A DNA stretch of 64,000 bases, from the IMG/VR virus record IMGVR_UViG_3300037067_019759; one strand, written 5' to 3'. Shown here piece after piece: positions 1 through 9,749 of the stretch. Both the position numbers and the translations under genes were made by a program. How positions within the stretch are numbered: position 1 is the stretch's first letter; each line of letters opens with the position of its first letter. This stretch comes from a virus (lineage: Duplodnaviria; Heunggongvirae; Uroviricota; Caudoviricetes). The notes beneath the pieces are model-generated. The model made no database searches. It was not told where the DNA came from and worked only from the letters and a program-made list of their open reading frames with translations.

Positions 1-44
1 TTAGATTTATGGGAAGATTATTATAAAAATGAATTATTGCCTAA

Positions 45-782
45 GTGGAATCAAAATTTATGAGAAATGCGAAAGGACAATTTATAAAAGGGGAAAAAAA
101 TTATTGGGAGGGAAAACATTTTTTCGAAGAATATAAAAGAAAATTAAGTGAAGCCCATAAGGGTAAAAAAGTTTCTGAAGAAACTAAAAGAAAAATGAGT
201 GAAGCCCATAGTGGAGAAAAAAATCATAATTTTGGTAAACATTGGAAATGTTCTGAAGATACTAAGATAAGAATAGGCAATATAAATAGAGGTAAAAAAT
301 TATCAGAAGAACATAAAAGAAAAATAAGTGAATCGGAAAAGGGAAAAAAAGTTTCGGAAGAGACTAGAAGAAAATTGAGCGAAATAGGAAAAATAAAAAA
401 TAAAGGACGAATTTCTTGGATAAAGGGAAAACATCATACCGAGGAAACAAGAAGAAAAATGAGTAATAGTCGTAAAGGGAAAAAAACATGGAATTGGAAG
501 GGTGGAATTACGCCCATAAATGAAAGAATAAGAAAGGGAATTGAGTGTCGTTTATGGCGTGAATCAGTATTTGCTCGCGATAATTGGACTTGTCAAAAAA
601 CCGGTATAAAGGGTGGTAAACTACATGCTCATCATATAAATAATTTTGCGGACTTTCCAGAGTCAAGAACCTCAATCGAAAATGGTATAACATTATCGGA
701 TAAAGCACATAAAGAATTTCATAAAATATATGGAGTTAAGAATAATACTAGAGAACAACTAGAAGAATTTTTAAAATTATAA
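45..782 (+). CDS. HNH homing endonuclease with N-terminal NUMOD3 repeats. The listed ORF starts at GTG; the true start may be the ATG at 60.
   Basis: Repeated SEAHKGKKxSEETKRKMS units are NUMOD3-like. C-terminal HAHHINNF...NGITLSDKAHKEFH is an HNH His-Me finger. Confidence 0.65.
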   Translation: MESKFMRNAKGQFIKGEKNYWEGKHFFEEYKRKLSEAHKGKKVSEETKRKMSEAHSGEKNHNFGKHWKCSEDTKIRIGNINRGKKLSEEHKRKISESEKGKKVSEETRRKLSEIGKIKNKGRISWIKGKHHTEETRRKMSNSRKGKKTWNWKGGITPINERIRKGIECRLWRESVFARDNWTCQKTGIKGGKLHAHHINNFADFPESRTSIENGITLSDKAHKEFHKIYGVKNNTREQLEEFLKL

Positions 783-786
783 TTAT

Positions 787-1320
787 ATGTCAACATTGAA
801 AACTCTTGATGCCAATTGTCACATAGGTGGTGGATCCCACCTTCCCATTTTAATCAAACTTTTAAATATAACCGAAGGTCCCGTTCTTGAACTTGGTACT
901 GGTTTATTTTCCACGCCCTTTTTGCATTGGGCGTGTTTTGATAAAAAGAGAAAATTAGTATCGTATGAAAACAAAAAGAAATTTTTTGATTTTTGGATTT
1001 ATAATGATGCAAGGGAATTAAATAACGATTACAGTTATCATCAAGTAAAATTTGTGGAAAATAATAATTGGGATGCGATAGATATTTCTGAACATTGGGG
1101 GATAGTATTTATTGACCATAATCCTGGACCAAGGCGGAGGGAGGAGATGAAGCGGGTAGCAAATAATGCTGATTATGTGGTAATACACGATACTGATGAC
1201 AAAAACGATTGGTATTATAAATATTCGGAACATTTTCCTTTATTTAAATATAGATGGGATTCAAAGATTTATCCGCGGACTACAATACTATCTAATTTTT
1301 TTTCGTTAGATAAATTATAA
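787..1320 (+). CDS. SAM-dependent methyltransferase-like protein, family A. One of three paralogs with 5153 and 7132.
   Basis: Conserved HLPILIKL...GPVLELGTGxFSTP glycine-rich motif resembles methyltransferase motif I. Paralogous to ORFs at 5144 and 7060. Confidence 0.4.
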   Translation: MSTLKTLDANCHIGGGSHLPILIKLLNITEGPVLELGTGLFSTPFLHWACFDKKRKLVSYENKKKFFDFWIYNDARELNNDYSYHQVKFVENNNWDAIDISEHWGIVFIDHNPGPRRREEMKRVANNADYVVIHDTDDKNDWYYKYSEHFPLFKYRWDSKIYPRTTILSNFFSLDKL

Positions 1321-1325
1321 AAATT

Positions 1326-2102
1326 ATGCCAAAGATACAATTCGAGAGTAGTGTTCGTTGCAATGCTCGCTGTACTTTCTGCCCTCGTTACGATATTACC
1401 CGTCCGAAGGGAGAAATGTCCGACGAGTTATTTCATAAAATTATACAAGAAAGTAAAGTATTTAGAAGTCCTGAGATCGTACCTTTTCTAAACGGAGAAC
1501 CATTCGTTTTTTCAAGAATATGGGAATGGTTAGACTACATGAGAGATAATAACTGCCGGGTCTATATTTTTACTAATGCAGAATTGATGGATGTGGATAA
1601 AATAATTCAGTACAAAAATATTCGTTATGTTTGTTGCAGTATTAATGCGGCGACTGCGGAAACCCATAAAAAAGTAATGCGTGGTCCTGATTTTAAAACA
1701 GTAGTAAATAAAGTGAGAGATTTGATAGAAAAAGCATCTTTTAGAGTTTATGTTTCAATGGTAATAACAAGTGACAACCAGCATGAAGTAGAAATGTTTA
1801 AGAAACAATGGGGTAAAAATGCGATATTTGGCGAATTTAAGAATTGGGGAGGAGCCAGACATGATAAATTAGAAAAGACGGGTAAAAGAAAACCATGTCC
1901 CTCATTATTAAATTCCATTACTATATTATGGGATGGAAGAGTGGTACCATGTTGTTTGGATTTTGACGGCAAATTAATATTAGGAGATGTTAATAAGCAG
2001 ACTTTAACGGAAATTTGGCAACAAACTGGATGGTTGAGAAGAAAGCATAAAAATTTAATTTTTGACTATCCACCATGTCGTTACTGTAATCAAAATATTT
2101 AA
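1326..2102 (+). CDS. Radical SAM enzyme with C-terminal SPASM-like Cys cluster
   Basis: CNARCTFCP is a CxxxCxxC motif near the N-terminus. C-terminal CPSLL...VPCCLDFDG...PPCRYCNQ is Cys-rich, SPASM/twitch-like. Confidence 0.65.
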   Translation: MPKIQFESSVRCNARCTFCPRYDITRPKGEMSDELFHKIIQESKVFRSPEIVPFLNGEPFVFSRIWEWLDYMRDNNCRVYIFTNAELMDVDKIIQYKNIRYVCCSINAATAETHKKVMRGPDFKTVVNKVRDLIEKASFRVYVSMVITSDNQHEVEMFKKQWGKNAIFGEFKNWGGARHDKLEKTGKRKPCPSLLNSITILWDGRVVPCCLDFDGKLILGDVNKQTLTEIWQQTGWLRRKHKNLIFDYPPCRYCNQNI

Positions 2103-2111
2103 ATATCTTTT

Positions 2112-3131
2112 ATGGATAAACAAATTATTTTTGGACAAAATAAACTTTTAAATCATCCCGAAAAAGTAACTGAATGGTTGCAGGGAGGAGATAGAACAAT
2201 AGTGACGGTTGAATTGGACTTAACCAATAGATGCAATAATAGATGCCCAAAATGTGTTGGTTGGGCGGGTGGAAAGACTAAAGATGAATTGACTATTGAT
2301 GAAGTTAAAAATTATTTACAAAATATTATGTCTTTGGAAGCGAAAGGGGTAATTTTTACGGGTGGAGGAGAACCATTATTACATCCAAATTTTACGGAAG
2401 CATTAAAATATGCGAAAGAGTTAAATTTGCATGTCGGTCTTATCACTAATGGTCTAGCGCTTGCGGAACATAATACAACGTCAATTTTAGAGAATTGCGA
2501 TTGGGTTAGGATTAGTATTGATGCAGGTAATGTTGAGATGTATAAAAAAACGCATGGTATGGATGAAGTCTCATGGTGGGTAGTTATTAATAATATTAAA
2601 AGGTTGATTTTTAATAAAAAAGAATTGAATTCAAAATGCATTATTGGTCTAGGGTATTTAACTGGAAAGGATACTGCGGAAGAAAAAGAAATGGAAGATT
2701 TTGCAAAATTAGCATTAGAATTAGAAGTAGACTATGCTCAATTTAGGCCTTTTCATAATGATTTTACGGATATAAAAGATAAAATTAATATTCTTCAAAA
2801 AAAGTATGGCAATATAATAACCGCTTCTTGGCAAAAATATAACAGATTTAATGATAAAAATAAAAGACCATATAAAAAATGTTATGGTTCGAATTTCGCC
2901 GCAACAATTGGAGCCAATGGAGATATGTTTGTTTGTTGTCACATGAGAGGGATAGATAAATATAAATTAGGTTCCTTGAGGGAGAGTACGATGAAAGAAA
3001 TATGGAAAAAAAGACAAGAAATTTTTGATAAAATTGATTTTAAAGATTGTCCATTTTTTTGCCGTTGCGATGAATTTAATAGATTATTAGATGAAATTAA
3101 AAAACTTAAACAACATGTTGAATTTTTATGA
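2112..3131 (+). CDS. Radical SAM enzyme with C-terminal SPASM-like Cys cluster
   Basis: CNNRCPKCVGW is a CxxxCxxC motif. GGGEPLL is a glycine-rich SAM motif. C-terminal FVCCHMRG...CPFFCRCDEF. Confidence 0.6.
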   Translation: MDKQIIFGQNKLLNHPEKVTEWLQGGDRTIVTVELDLTNRCNNRCPKCVGWAGGKTKDELTIDEVKNYLQNIMSLEAKGVIFTGGGEPLLHPNFTEALKYAKELNLHVGLITNGLALAEHNTTSILENCDWVRISIDAGNVEMYKKTHGMDEVSWWVVINNIKRLIFNKKELNSKCIIGLGYLTGKDTAEEKEMEDFAKLALELEVDYAQFRPFHNDFTDIKDKINILQKKYGNIITASWQKYNRFNDKNKRPYKKCYGSNFAATIGANGDMFVCCHMRGIDKYKLGSLRESTMKEIWKKRQEIFDKIDFKDCPFFCRCDEFNRLLDEIKKLKQHVEFL

Positions 3132-3892
3132 AAAATTTGCTCACACACATCAGCCCTAGCAAGGAATTTTGTAATGATGAACATAAAATGGCTGTAAAAA
3201 TACAGATAGACAATAGTCTTGAGTTAGGCTGGAAAAAGGAAGATATTTCATTAATTACTAATTTTGACTATGAATATAATGGGGTTAAATCTTCAGTAAT
3301 TGGTGGTGAAAATTATTGTTCAATTACCAAAAATCGTTTATGGACAGCGACTAAAATTTATGTTATAGATTATCTTTTTAAAAATAATTTAATTGAAAAT
3401 GATTTATATTGGTATCATGATTTTGATTGTTGGCAATTAAATCCGCTTACGGATATAGAAACGGATATGGTTGGAGTTGATATGGGTTTGACTAATTACG
3501 GCAGAATGCCGAGATTATGTTCTGCCAGTATGTTTTTTAGGAATACAGCAGGCGATATTTTTAGCAAAATAAAAGAAGAAGTTAATAGAGTTCAAAGAGA
3601 TGAAGAAACTGTAATTGCCAGTTTAATAAATTCGGACGTTGATTTGAAAAAGAGAGTTAAATTGTTAAACACAACTTATGCTTTTCAAAAATGGAATATG
3701 CATCATTCTTATCATCGGTCTGACAAGCCAATAAAGGCGGTTCATTTTCACTTAACACCAGATAAATATGATTTTTTTGTTAACGGCAATAATCGGACAA
3801 ATTTAAAAATTATACCTGGGAGATTAATTGATATCTTTAACTATAATGGATTCTATGGAGAGCAAAGTAGCGGTAATAATTCCAACGTTTGA
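3128..3892 (+). CDS. Hypothetical DxD-motif protein, possibly a glycosyltransferase. Paralog of 6426..7127.
   Basis: N-terminal 60 aa near-identical to ORF 6426 (MKNLL...IQIDN..GWKKEDI.L.TNFDYEYNG.KS). WYHDFDCWQ/WFHDFDAHQ is a DxD-like motif. Confidence 0.35.
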   Translation: MKNLLTHISPSKEFCNDEHKMAVKIQIDNSLELGWKKEDISLITNFDYEYNGVKSSVIGGENYCSITKNRLWTATKIYVIDYLFKNNLIENDLYWYHDFDCWQLNPLTDIETDMVGVDMGLTNYGRMPRLCSASMFFRNTAGDIFSKIKEEVNRVQRDEETVIASLINSDVDLKKRVKLLNTTYAFQKWNMHHSYHRSDKPIKAVHFHLTPDKYDFFVNGNNRTNLKIIPGRLIDIFNYNGFYGEQSSGNNSNV

Positions 3893-4508
3893 TTTGTTGG
3901 ATATATTAAAAGATTTGATAAAAAACGTAATTGACTATACTACGGGAGATTACCAAATTTATGTTGTTGAAAATGGGCAAAAAGAGGCAACGATTGATTG
4001 GCTCAAAACTAAAGATAATATTAAATCTATTTTAAATAGTGATAATGCCGGGACTTCCCGTTCATGGAATATGGGGATAAAGGAGGGTTTGAAAGATGGT
4101 TGCACTCATTTCGCACTTTTAAGTGATGATATCCAACTTTCTCCTGGTTGGTGGGACGCTTGTAAAAAAGAATTTGATAATGATTCGCATTTAGTATCAA
4201 TAGAAGCGGGATTAAAAAATATTATTTTTTCTGGGTGGTTTTTTATTATTGATAAAGAAGCATTAGATAAAGTGGGTTATTTAGACGAACAATTTTGGCC
4301 GTTTTATTTTGAAGATTTGGATTATTCTCAGAGATTCGCACAAAGTGGATTAAAATATTCAATGGCGGATACTAAAGTTGTGCATCTCGGCAGTTTGACT
4401 AATCGTGGTTATTTTGAAAAAAAATTTCCTGATTTTTTTATGAAAGTATATCGTAGAAATAAACGTAAATTTAGAAAAAAATACCCTAATTTAAAATTTA
4501 AGATGTAA
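3846..4508 (+). CDS. Family-2 glycosyltransferase (GT-A fold). Start moved to the first ATG; the listed ORF begins at TTG 3828.
   Basis: VAVIIPTFD start motif. YVVENGQ. LLSDDIQLSPGWWD (DD). EDLDYSQR. All are typical of GT2. Confidence 0.55.
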   Translation: MDSMESKVAVIIPTFDLLDILKDLIKNVIDYTTGDYQIYVVENGQKEATIDWLKTKDNIKSILNSDNAGTSRSWNMGIKEGLKDGCTHFALLSDDIQLSPGWWDACKKEFDNDSHLVSIEAGLKNIIFSGWFFIIDKEALDKVGYLDEQFWPFYFEDLDYSQRFAQSGLKYSMADTKVVHLGSLTNRGYFEKKFPDFFMKVYRRNKRKFRKKYPNLKFKM

Positions 4509-4509
4509 T

Positions 4510-5151
4510 ATGGCAAACGATAAAAGCATCATATATTACTCAGCTTCGTCAGAAAATTTTGAGTTTGAACAAAAAATTATAGATGACTTAAAGCAAAAAG
4601 CTGGAGATATCCAAATAATCAGCGTGACACGAAAACCCCTAGACTTAGGAACTAATATTTGTGTAGGCGAAATTCCAATTTCTTATACGAGCGAATGGAT
4701 GCAACTTTTAATCGGGTTAAAAGCAGCTAAAACTAAATTTTGTATTGCAGCAGAATCTGATTGTATCTATCCCGAAGAGTATTTTACTTTTACTCCGCCA
4801 GAAGAAAGAATGATGTATAATTATAATAATATCTGGATGGTGTGGAAACGGCATAACGGTTTTTGGCAAAAAACTGGTTATTGCGAGGGAGCTCAAATGT
4901 GCGGGCGAGAGTATTGGATTGAAAGACTTGCGCCGCTTTTGCCTGAAAAATGGGAACCGTATACTAGAGAACAAGAGAATGAATTGGTTAAAAAAATTTT
5001 TTCTGAAAGAAAAGAATTTACCGGTAATCCAGTTATTTCTTTTAAAACTGGAAATGGTGTGAGTAAAAGAACGACATTTAAAAATAAGAAAGTTCTTAAT
5101 ATTGATTATTGGGGAGATATTGCGCCTTTAAAGAAGAAATATTTTGGTTAA
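4510..5151 (+). CDS. Hypothetical protein, paralog of 8231..8956
   Basis: Shared IYY...I.SV.RKPLDLG.NI motif with ORF 8231. An ExD acidic motif could be GT-like. Function unknown. Confidence 0.35.
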   Translation: MANDKSIIYYSASSENFEFEQKIIDDLKQKAGDIQIISVTRKPLDLGTNICVGEIPISYTSEWMQLLIGLKAAKTKFCIAAESDCIYPEEYFTFTPPEERMMYNYNNIWMVWKRHNGFWQKTGYCEGAQMCGREYWIERLAPLLPEKWEPYTREQENELVKKIFSERKEFTGNPVISFKTGNGVSKRTTFKNKKVLNIDYWGDIAPLKKKYFG

Positions 5152-5152
5152 T

Positions 5153-5665
5153 ATGGAAACATTTACATCTAAAGATTTTAAAGTAAGAGCAGGTTCTCAT
5201 TTACCATTATTAATTAAGTTGGTTTTTATGACCGATGGTCCAATATTAGAGTTAGGAACAGGATTTTATTCTACCCCGGTACTTCACTGGTTGTGTGCTG
5301 AAAATAAAAGAAAATTAATATCATATGAATCTAGTGAACGATATTTCGAAGTAGCAAGGCGATATATTTCTGATTGGCATGAAGTTAATTTTGTTACTGA
5401 TTGGAGTAAAATTGATACCTCTAGCAATCATTGGGGTGTTGTGTTCGTTGATCATTATCCTGCTCAACAACGTAGATTGGAAATAGAACGGGTAGCAGAT
5501 AATGCTGAATTTGTGATAGCGCATGATTCTGAATTAAAGCATGATAAAGACTATCAGTATTCTAAGATTGCTCCGTTATTTAAATATCGGTATGATTATA
5601 ATAAATTTTATCCGAATACTGTGGTATTTAGTAATTTTTTTTCGATAGATAAACTAAAAATATAA
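5153..5665 (+). CDS. SAM-methyltransferase-like protein, family A paralog. The listed ORF starts at TTG 5144; ATG is at 5153.
   Basis: GSHLPLLIKL...GPILELGTGFYSTPVLHW is nearly identical in motif to ORFs 787 and 7132. Confidence 0.4.
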   Translation: METFTSKDFKVRAGSHLPLLIKLVFMTDGPILELGTGFYSTPVLHWLCAENKRKLISYESSERYFEVARRYISDWHEVNFVTDWSKIDTSSNHWGVVFVDHYPAQQRRLEIERVADNAEFVIAHDSELKHDKDYQYSKIAPLFKYRYDYNKFYPNTVVFSNFFSIDKLKI

Positions 5666-5669
5666 ATTT

Positions 5670-6281
5670 ATGACTATTAAAGAGGGTTTAAAATTAAAAG
5701 GATCTCCTGCTCATATTCCAGATTGTAGCAGAACTGATTTGCCTCAATTTTTTGTTGATAGAGGATATAAAGTAGGAGCGGAAATAGGAATATATAAAGG
5801 AGGTTTTACTAAACGATTTTGTGAAGCGGGATTAAAAATGTTCGCGATTGATCCTTGGGTAGCTTATTACGGGGATCGTAACCAAGAAAGAGTAGATTCT
5901 ATTTATGAAGAGGCTCGTCAAACGTTATCTAAATATGATAATTGCACTATTATTAAAAAATCATCAATGGAAGCAGTAAAAGAATTTGCCAATGAATCGC
6001 TCGATTTTGTATATATAGATTCCGATCATAGATTTAAGCAAACGGCTGAAGATATTGTTGATTGGAGTAAAAAGGTCAGGCAGGGAGGAATTGTCGCTGG
6101 ACATGATTATTTTACTTCACTGCCATGGGCACGTAAGTTTCGTTGCCAAGTTGGAGTTGTCGTCGATGCTTACGCAAAAGCATTCGGTTATGATAATTTT
6201 TATACGCTTGGTGATCTTGATTATAAAACTGAACCGGAGTGGATGCAATGGATGTTAACTTGGTTTTTTATTCGTAAATAA
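5670..6281 (+). CDS. Class I SAM-dependent methyltransferase (TylF/CmcI/Methyltransf_24-like O-methyltransferase), family B
   Basis: VGAEIGIYKGGFT (motif I). FAIDPW. VYIDSDHRF...GGIVAGHDY. Paralog at 7608. Confidence 0.55.
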   Translation: MTIKEGLKLKGSPAHIPDCSRTDLPQFFVDRGYKVGAEIGIYKGGFTKRFCEAGLKMFAIDPWVAYYGDRNQERVDSIYEEARQTLSKYDNCTIIKKSSMEAVKEFANESLDFVYIDSDHRFKQTAEDIVDWSKKVRQGGIVAGHDYFTSLPWARKFRCQVGVVVDAYAKAFGYDNFYTLGDLDYKTEPEWMQWMLTWFFIRK

Positions 6282-6425
6282 ATAATAATATGCCATCAGG
6301 AGTTTATACAAGAACAGAACTACATAAAGAAATTTTACGTAAAAGCGTTAATAAAGGTTTTTTTCAAAAAGGACATAAAATTAATGTAGGAAGAAAATTT
6401 AATATACAGATTTTAAGATAAAAGC

Positions 6426-7127
6426 ATGAAAAATTTATTAATATTTGTCAATCCAGAAAAAATTTTTTTAAAGTGGTATGGACCTTCATGTGAAATCCAA
6501 ATTGATAACGCTTTTTTGATGGGATGGAAAAAAGAAGATATTCTATTGGTTACTAATTTTGACTATGAATATAATGGGATTAAATCATTGGTTGTACCCG
6601 ACTATTTGTTTTGTGAACACAGGAGAAGAGCAAGTAAAATAAATGTTATTTATTATTTATTGGAAAATAAAATAATTAAAGATCTTTGTTGGTTTCATGA
6701 TTTTGACGCTCATCAATTACAATCATTGGATGAAATAGAGGCAGAAATCAAGGGATTTGATCTGGCGATGACGGATTATGGTTATTGTGTTCGTCCGAAT
6801 TCAGCTAGTTTCTTTTTTAAACCAGAAAGTAAGGATATTATGGGAGCGGCAAAATATGTTTATGATAAAGATAAGATTAACGAGGAGACCGCATTTGATG
6901 TTTTAGTTAGAAGAAATATAAATAATATCAATGAACGATGTAAAAAATTGAATATTACGTATAGCATGGGAAGAAAAAGACAAGCTGATTATCTTATTTC
7001 TTATGAGCGAGCAATTAAACCATTTAAAGTCGTAAATATAAATCCAAGATATCCAATTTTTGAGGGATTTAAACCGTTTATGTCAAAAGAATTATTGGAT
7101 ATATTTAAACGTCATGGATTTAATTAA
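6426..7127 (+). CDS. Hypothetical DxD-motif protein, paralog of 3128
   Basis: See 3128. Same N-terminal block and HDFD motif. Confidence 0.35.
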   Translation: MKNLLIFVNPEKIFLKWYGPSCEIQIDNAFLMGWKKEDILLVTNFDYEYNGIKSLVVPDYLFCEHRRRASKINVIYYLLENKIIKDLCWFHDFDAHQLQSLDEIEAEIKGFDLAMTDYGYCVRPNSASFFFKPESKDIMGAAKYVYDKDKINEETAFDVLVRRNINNINERCKKLNITYSMGRKRQADYLISYERAIKPFKVVNINPRYPIFEGFKPFMSKELLDIFKRHGFN

Positions 7128-7131
7128 AAAT

Positions 7132-7611
7132 ATGAATTTAAAATTTGGCAAAGAGACGGCTACCCATTTACCAATTTTAATTAAATTAGTAAATATGACA
7201 AATGGTCCAATTCTTGAATTGGGTACGGGCATATTTTCGACTCCTTATTTGCATTGGGCATGTTTTGAAAATAAACGAAAACTCGTGTCCTATGAAGAAA
7301 AACAAAGTTATTTTGAAATGGTTAAACAATATGTTTGTGATTACCATTTTATTTTTACGGATTTAAATAAAATTGAAGAGGAGCATTGGAGTATTGTATT
7401 AGTTGATCAATATCCTTCAGGTAGAAAAGAATCAATAAAAAAATTGGTAAATTCGGCTGATTATATTGTTCTTCATGACTCTAATGATGAGTATGATGAA
7501 ACTTATAAGTATTCGGAAATTTATCCGTTATTCAAGTATAGATATGATTTTGACAAAGTATTGCCAAGAACAACAGTAGTTTCTAATTTTAAGGATTTAA
7601 CAAATTTATGA
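7132..7611 (+). CDS. SAM-methyltransferase-like protein, family A paralog. The listed ORF 7060 overlaps the upstream gene; the internal ATG at 7132 was chosen.
   Basis: MNLKFGKETATHLPILIKLVNMTNGPILELGTGIFSTPYLHWACFENKRKLVSYE parallels ORF 787. Confidence 0.4.
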   Translation: MNLKFGKETATHLPILIKLVNMTNGPILELGTGIFSTPYLHWACFENKRKLVSYEEKQSYFEMVKQYVCDYHFIFTDLNKIEEEHWSIVLVDQYPSGRKESIKKLVNSADYIVLHDSNDEYDETYKYSEIYPLFKYRYDFDKVLPRTTVVSNFKDLTNL

Positions 7612-8222
7612 AATTTTTAGACGCAATTAAACAAAAAGGAAATCCATTTATAATTCCCGATTGTGGAAGGGATAATTTACCCGGATTTTTTGTTGAAATG
7701 GGATATAAGGTAGGGGTAGAAATAGGAGTATTGAGAGGTAAATTTAGTAAAAAATTAAGTCAGGCGGGATTAAAATTATACGCCATTGATCCCTGGATTG
7801 GTTTTCATGGACAAGGACGCACTCAAAATGAACAAATTGTTCAAGATGGATATTATGAACAAACTAAAAAGATTTTAACTCCTTATAAAAATTGTACTAT
7901 CATTAGGAAAACATCAATGGAGGCATTGGTTAATTTTAAAGATAAAAGTTTGGACTTTGTTTTTATCGACGGGGATCATGATTTTAGGCATGCGGCAGAA
8001 GATATTTTTGAATGGAGCAAGAAAGTTAGGGCGGGTGGAGCGGTGGCAGGGCATGATTATTTTGATACAGCTCCATTTGCTCGTAATATGGTATGTAATG
8101 TAAAATCAGTATTGGATGCCTATGTTAAGGCGTTTGATATTACGGATTGGTATTTATATAGACCGGATGGGGCGACCGATGCGGATGATAAATGTTACTC
8201 GTGGATGTTTATTCGTAAATAA
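7608..8222 (+). CDS. Class I SAM-dependent methyltransferase, family B paralog
   Basis: VGVEIGVLRGKFS. AIDPW. VFIDGDHDF. AGGAVAGHDY. Same order and motifs as 5670. Confidence 0.55.
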   Translation: MKFLDAIKQKGNPFIIPDCGRDNLPGFFVEMGYKVGVEIGVLRGKFSKKLSQAGLKLYAIDPWIGFHGQGRTQNEQIVQDGYYEQTKKILTPYKNCTIIRKTSMEALVNFKDKSLDFVFIDGDHDFRHAAEDIFEWSKKVRAGGAVAGHDYFDTAPFARNMVCNVKSVLDAYVKAFDITDWYLYRPDGATDADDKCYSWMFIRK

Positions 8223-8230
8223 ATAATTAT

Positions 8231-8956
8231 ATGGAGAAAAAAGTAGGAGCGATATATTATACTGACTTTCACGCGGATTCATTGATTATGAATATATGTT
8301 TAGAACAACTTAAAAAAAGTTTTAACGGAGAAATTGTTTCCGTTTCATTAAAACGACCATTGGATTTGGGAAAAAATATTATTTTAAATGAAGTTAGAAG
8401 TTATCCTACGATGTCTTTACAAATTTTAACTGCGCTAGAAGCATTAACTGCAGATTATGTTTATTTTTTAGAGCATGACGTTTTATATGCATCCGAACAT
8501 TTTTCTTTCATTCCAGATAGAGATGATATTTATTATTATAATGTTAATAATTATCGCTGGGCTTTTGGTGCTGATACTGCGATAACTTACGATGGCTTAA
8601 CTTCGCTTTCAGGTATGTGTTGTAATAAAGAATTGGCGATTAGACATTATAAATACAGATTAAAAATAATAAAAGAACAAGGGTTAGATAAAATGAGAAG
8701 CAGGGAACCCCGCTGGGGTCGAAAATTTGGTTATGAACCAGGGACGAAATCAAAAAGAAATGGTGGTATAACTGATGAAGGACACATAAAACGAAAGTCT
8801 ATTGTTCCTAATATAGATATTAGACATAGATATACTTTTAGTGCACCTAAAATTACGTTAGAATCATTTAAACATAAACCTACGGGATGGATAGAAAAAC
8901 CTATAGAAGAAATAGAAGGTTGGAATTTGCGTAGTTTATTCAATCTTAAAAAATAA
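8231..8956 (+). CDS. Hypothetical protein, paralog of 4510
   Basis: AIYYTDF...IVSVSLKRPLDLGKNI matches ORF 4510. LEHDVLYASEHF acidic motif. Confidence 0.35.
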   Translation: MEKKVGAIYYTDFHADSLIMNICLEQLKKSFNGEIVSVSLKRPLDLGKNIILNEVRSYPTMSLQILTALEALTADYVYFLEHDVLYASEHFSFIPDRDDIYYYNVNNYRWAFGADTAITYDGLTSLSGMCCNKELAIRHYKYRLKIIKEQGLDKMRSREPRWGRKFGYEPGTKSKRNGGITDEGHIKRKSIVPNIDIRHRYTFSAPKITLESFKHKPTGWIEKPIEEIEGWNLRSLFNLKK

Positions 8957-8980
8957 AAATATAAAAAATTAATAAAGTAT

Positions 8981-9748
8981 ATGCCAGCTCCAAAAGATAT
9001 AAATAAAATTAAAAAATGGAAAGAGAATATTAGTATAGCTAACAAAGGTAGAATTTTTACTAATGAGTGGAAAGAAAAAATTGGTAAAGCTAATAAAGGT
9101 AAACATTTGACTAATGAAACTAAAGAAAAAATTAGACAAAAAGCATTGGGAAGGAAAATGCCATCACGATCAAAGGAATATAGGGATAATGTTTCAAAAC
9201 GTCATAAGGGTAGAATAGTATCAGCAGAAACAAGAAAAAAAATAAGTGAATGGCATAAAGGGAAAATTATATCTCAGGAGACTAAAGATAGAATGAGTAA
9301 AGCACACAAAGGTGAAGGATATTCAAATAGTGGACAATTTGTAAAGGGACAAGTAATATCAGGGGAAACGAGAAAAAAATTAAGTATGGTTGGCAAGGGG
9401 AGAATACCATGGAATAAAGGAAAAAAATATAAAAGTCCTAAACAATCGTTAGTTACTAGTGGTAGTAATAATCCAAATTGGAAAGGTGGAATATCGTTTG
9501 AAAAATATGGGCAAGATTGGACTGATGATTTGAAAGATAGTATTAGAAAAAGAGATAATTATACGTGTCAAGAATGTAGAATTTTGCAAGATGAATTAGA
9601 TGAATTTATTAAAGTTTTGGATGTTCATCATATTGATTATAATAAATATAATTTAAATCCAAAAAATCTTATTACACTTTGCAGAAGTTGTCACGCAAAG
9701 ACAAGTTTCAATAGAGACTATTGGATTAATTATTTTAATAATAAATAG
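8981..9748 (+). CDS. HNH homing endonuclease with NUMOD3 repeats
   Basis: Repeated KANKGKHLTNETKEKI / SKAHKGE units. C-terminal VHHIDYNKYNLNPKNLITLCRSCHAK is an HNH motif. Confidence 0.65.
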   Translation: MPAPKDINKIKKWKENISIANKGRIFTNEWKEKIGKANKGKHLTNETKEKIRQKALGRKMPSRSKEYRDNVSKRHKGRIVSAETRKKISEWHKGKIISQETKDRMSKAHKGEGYSNSGQFVKGQVISGETRKKLSMVGKGRIPWNKGKKYKSPKQSLVTSGSNNPNWKGGISFEKYGQDWTDDLKDSIRKRDNYTCQECRILQDELDEFIKVLDVHHIDYNKYNLNPKNLITLCRSCHAKTSFNRDYWINYFNNK

Positions 9749-9749
9749 T

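Noticed and set aside
508-3184. Small antisense or overlapping ORFs (508-708, 1018-1233, 1748-1972, 2312-2641, 2721-3184, 4717-4974, 5321-5524, 6055-6258 and similar ORFs throughout)
   Set aside because: They are embedded in better-supported genes on the opposite strand or in another frame. AT-rich DNA yields many chance ORFs of 60-130 codons.
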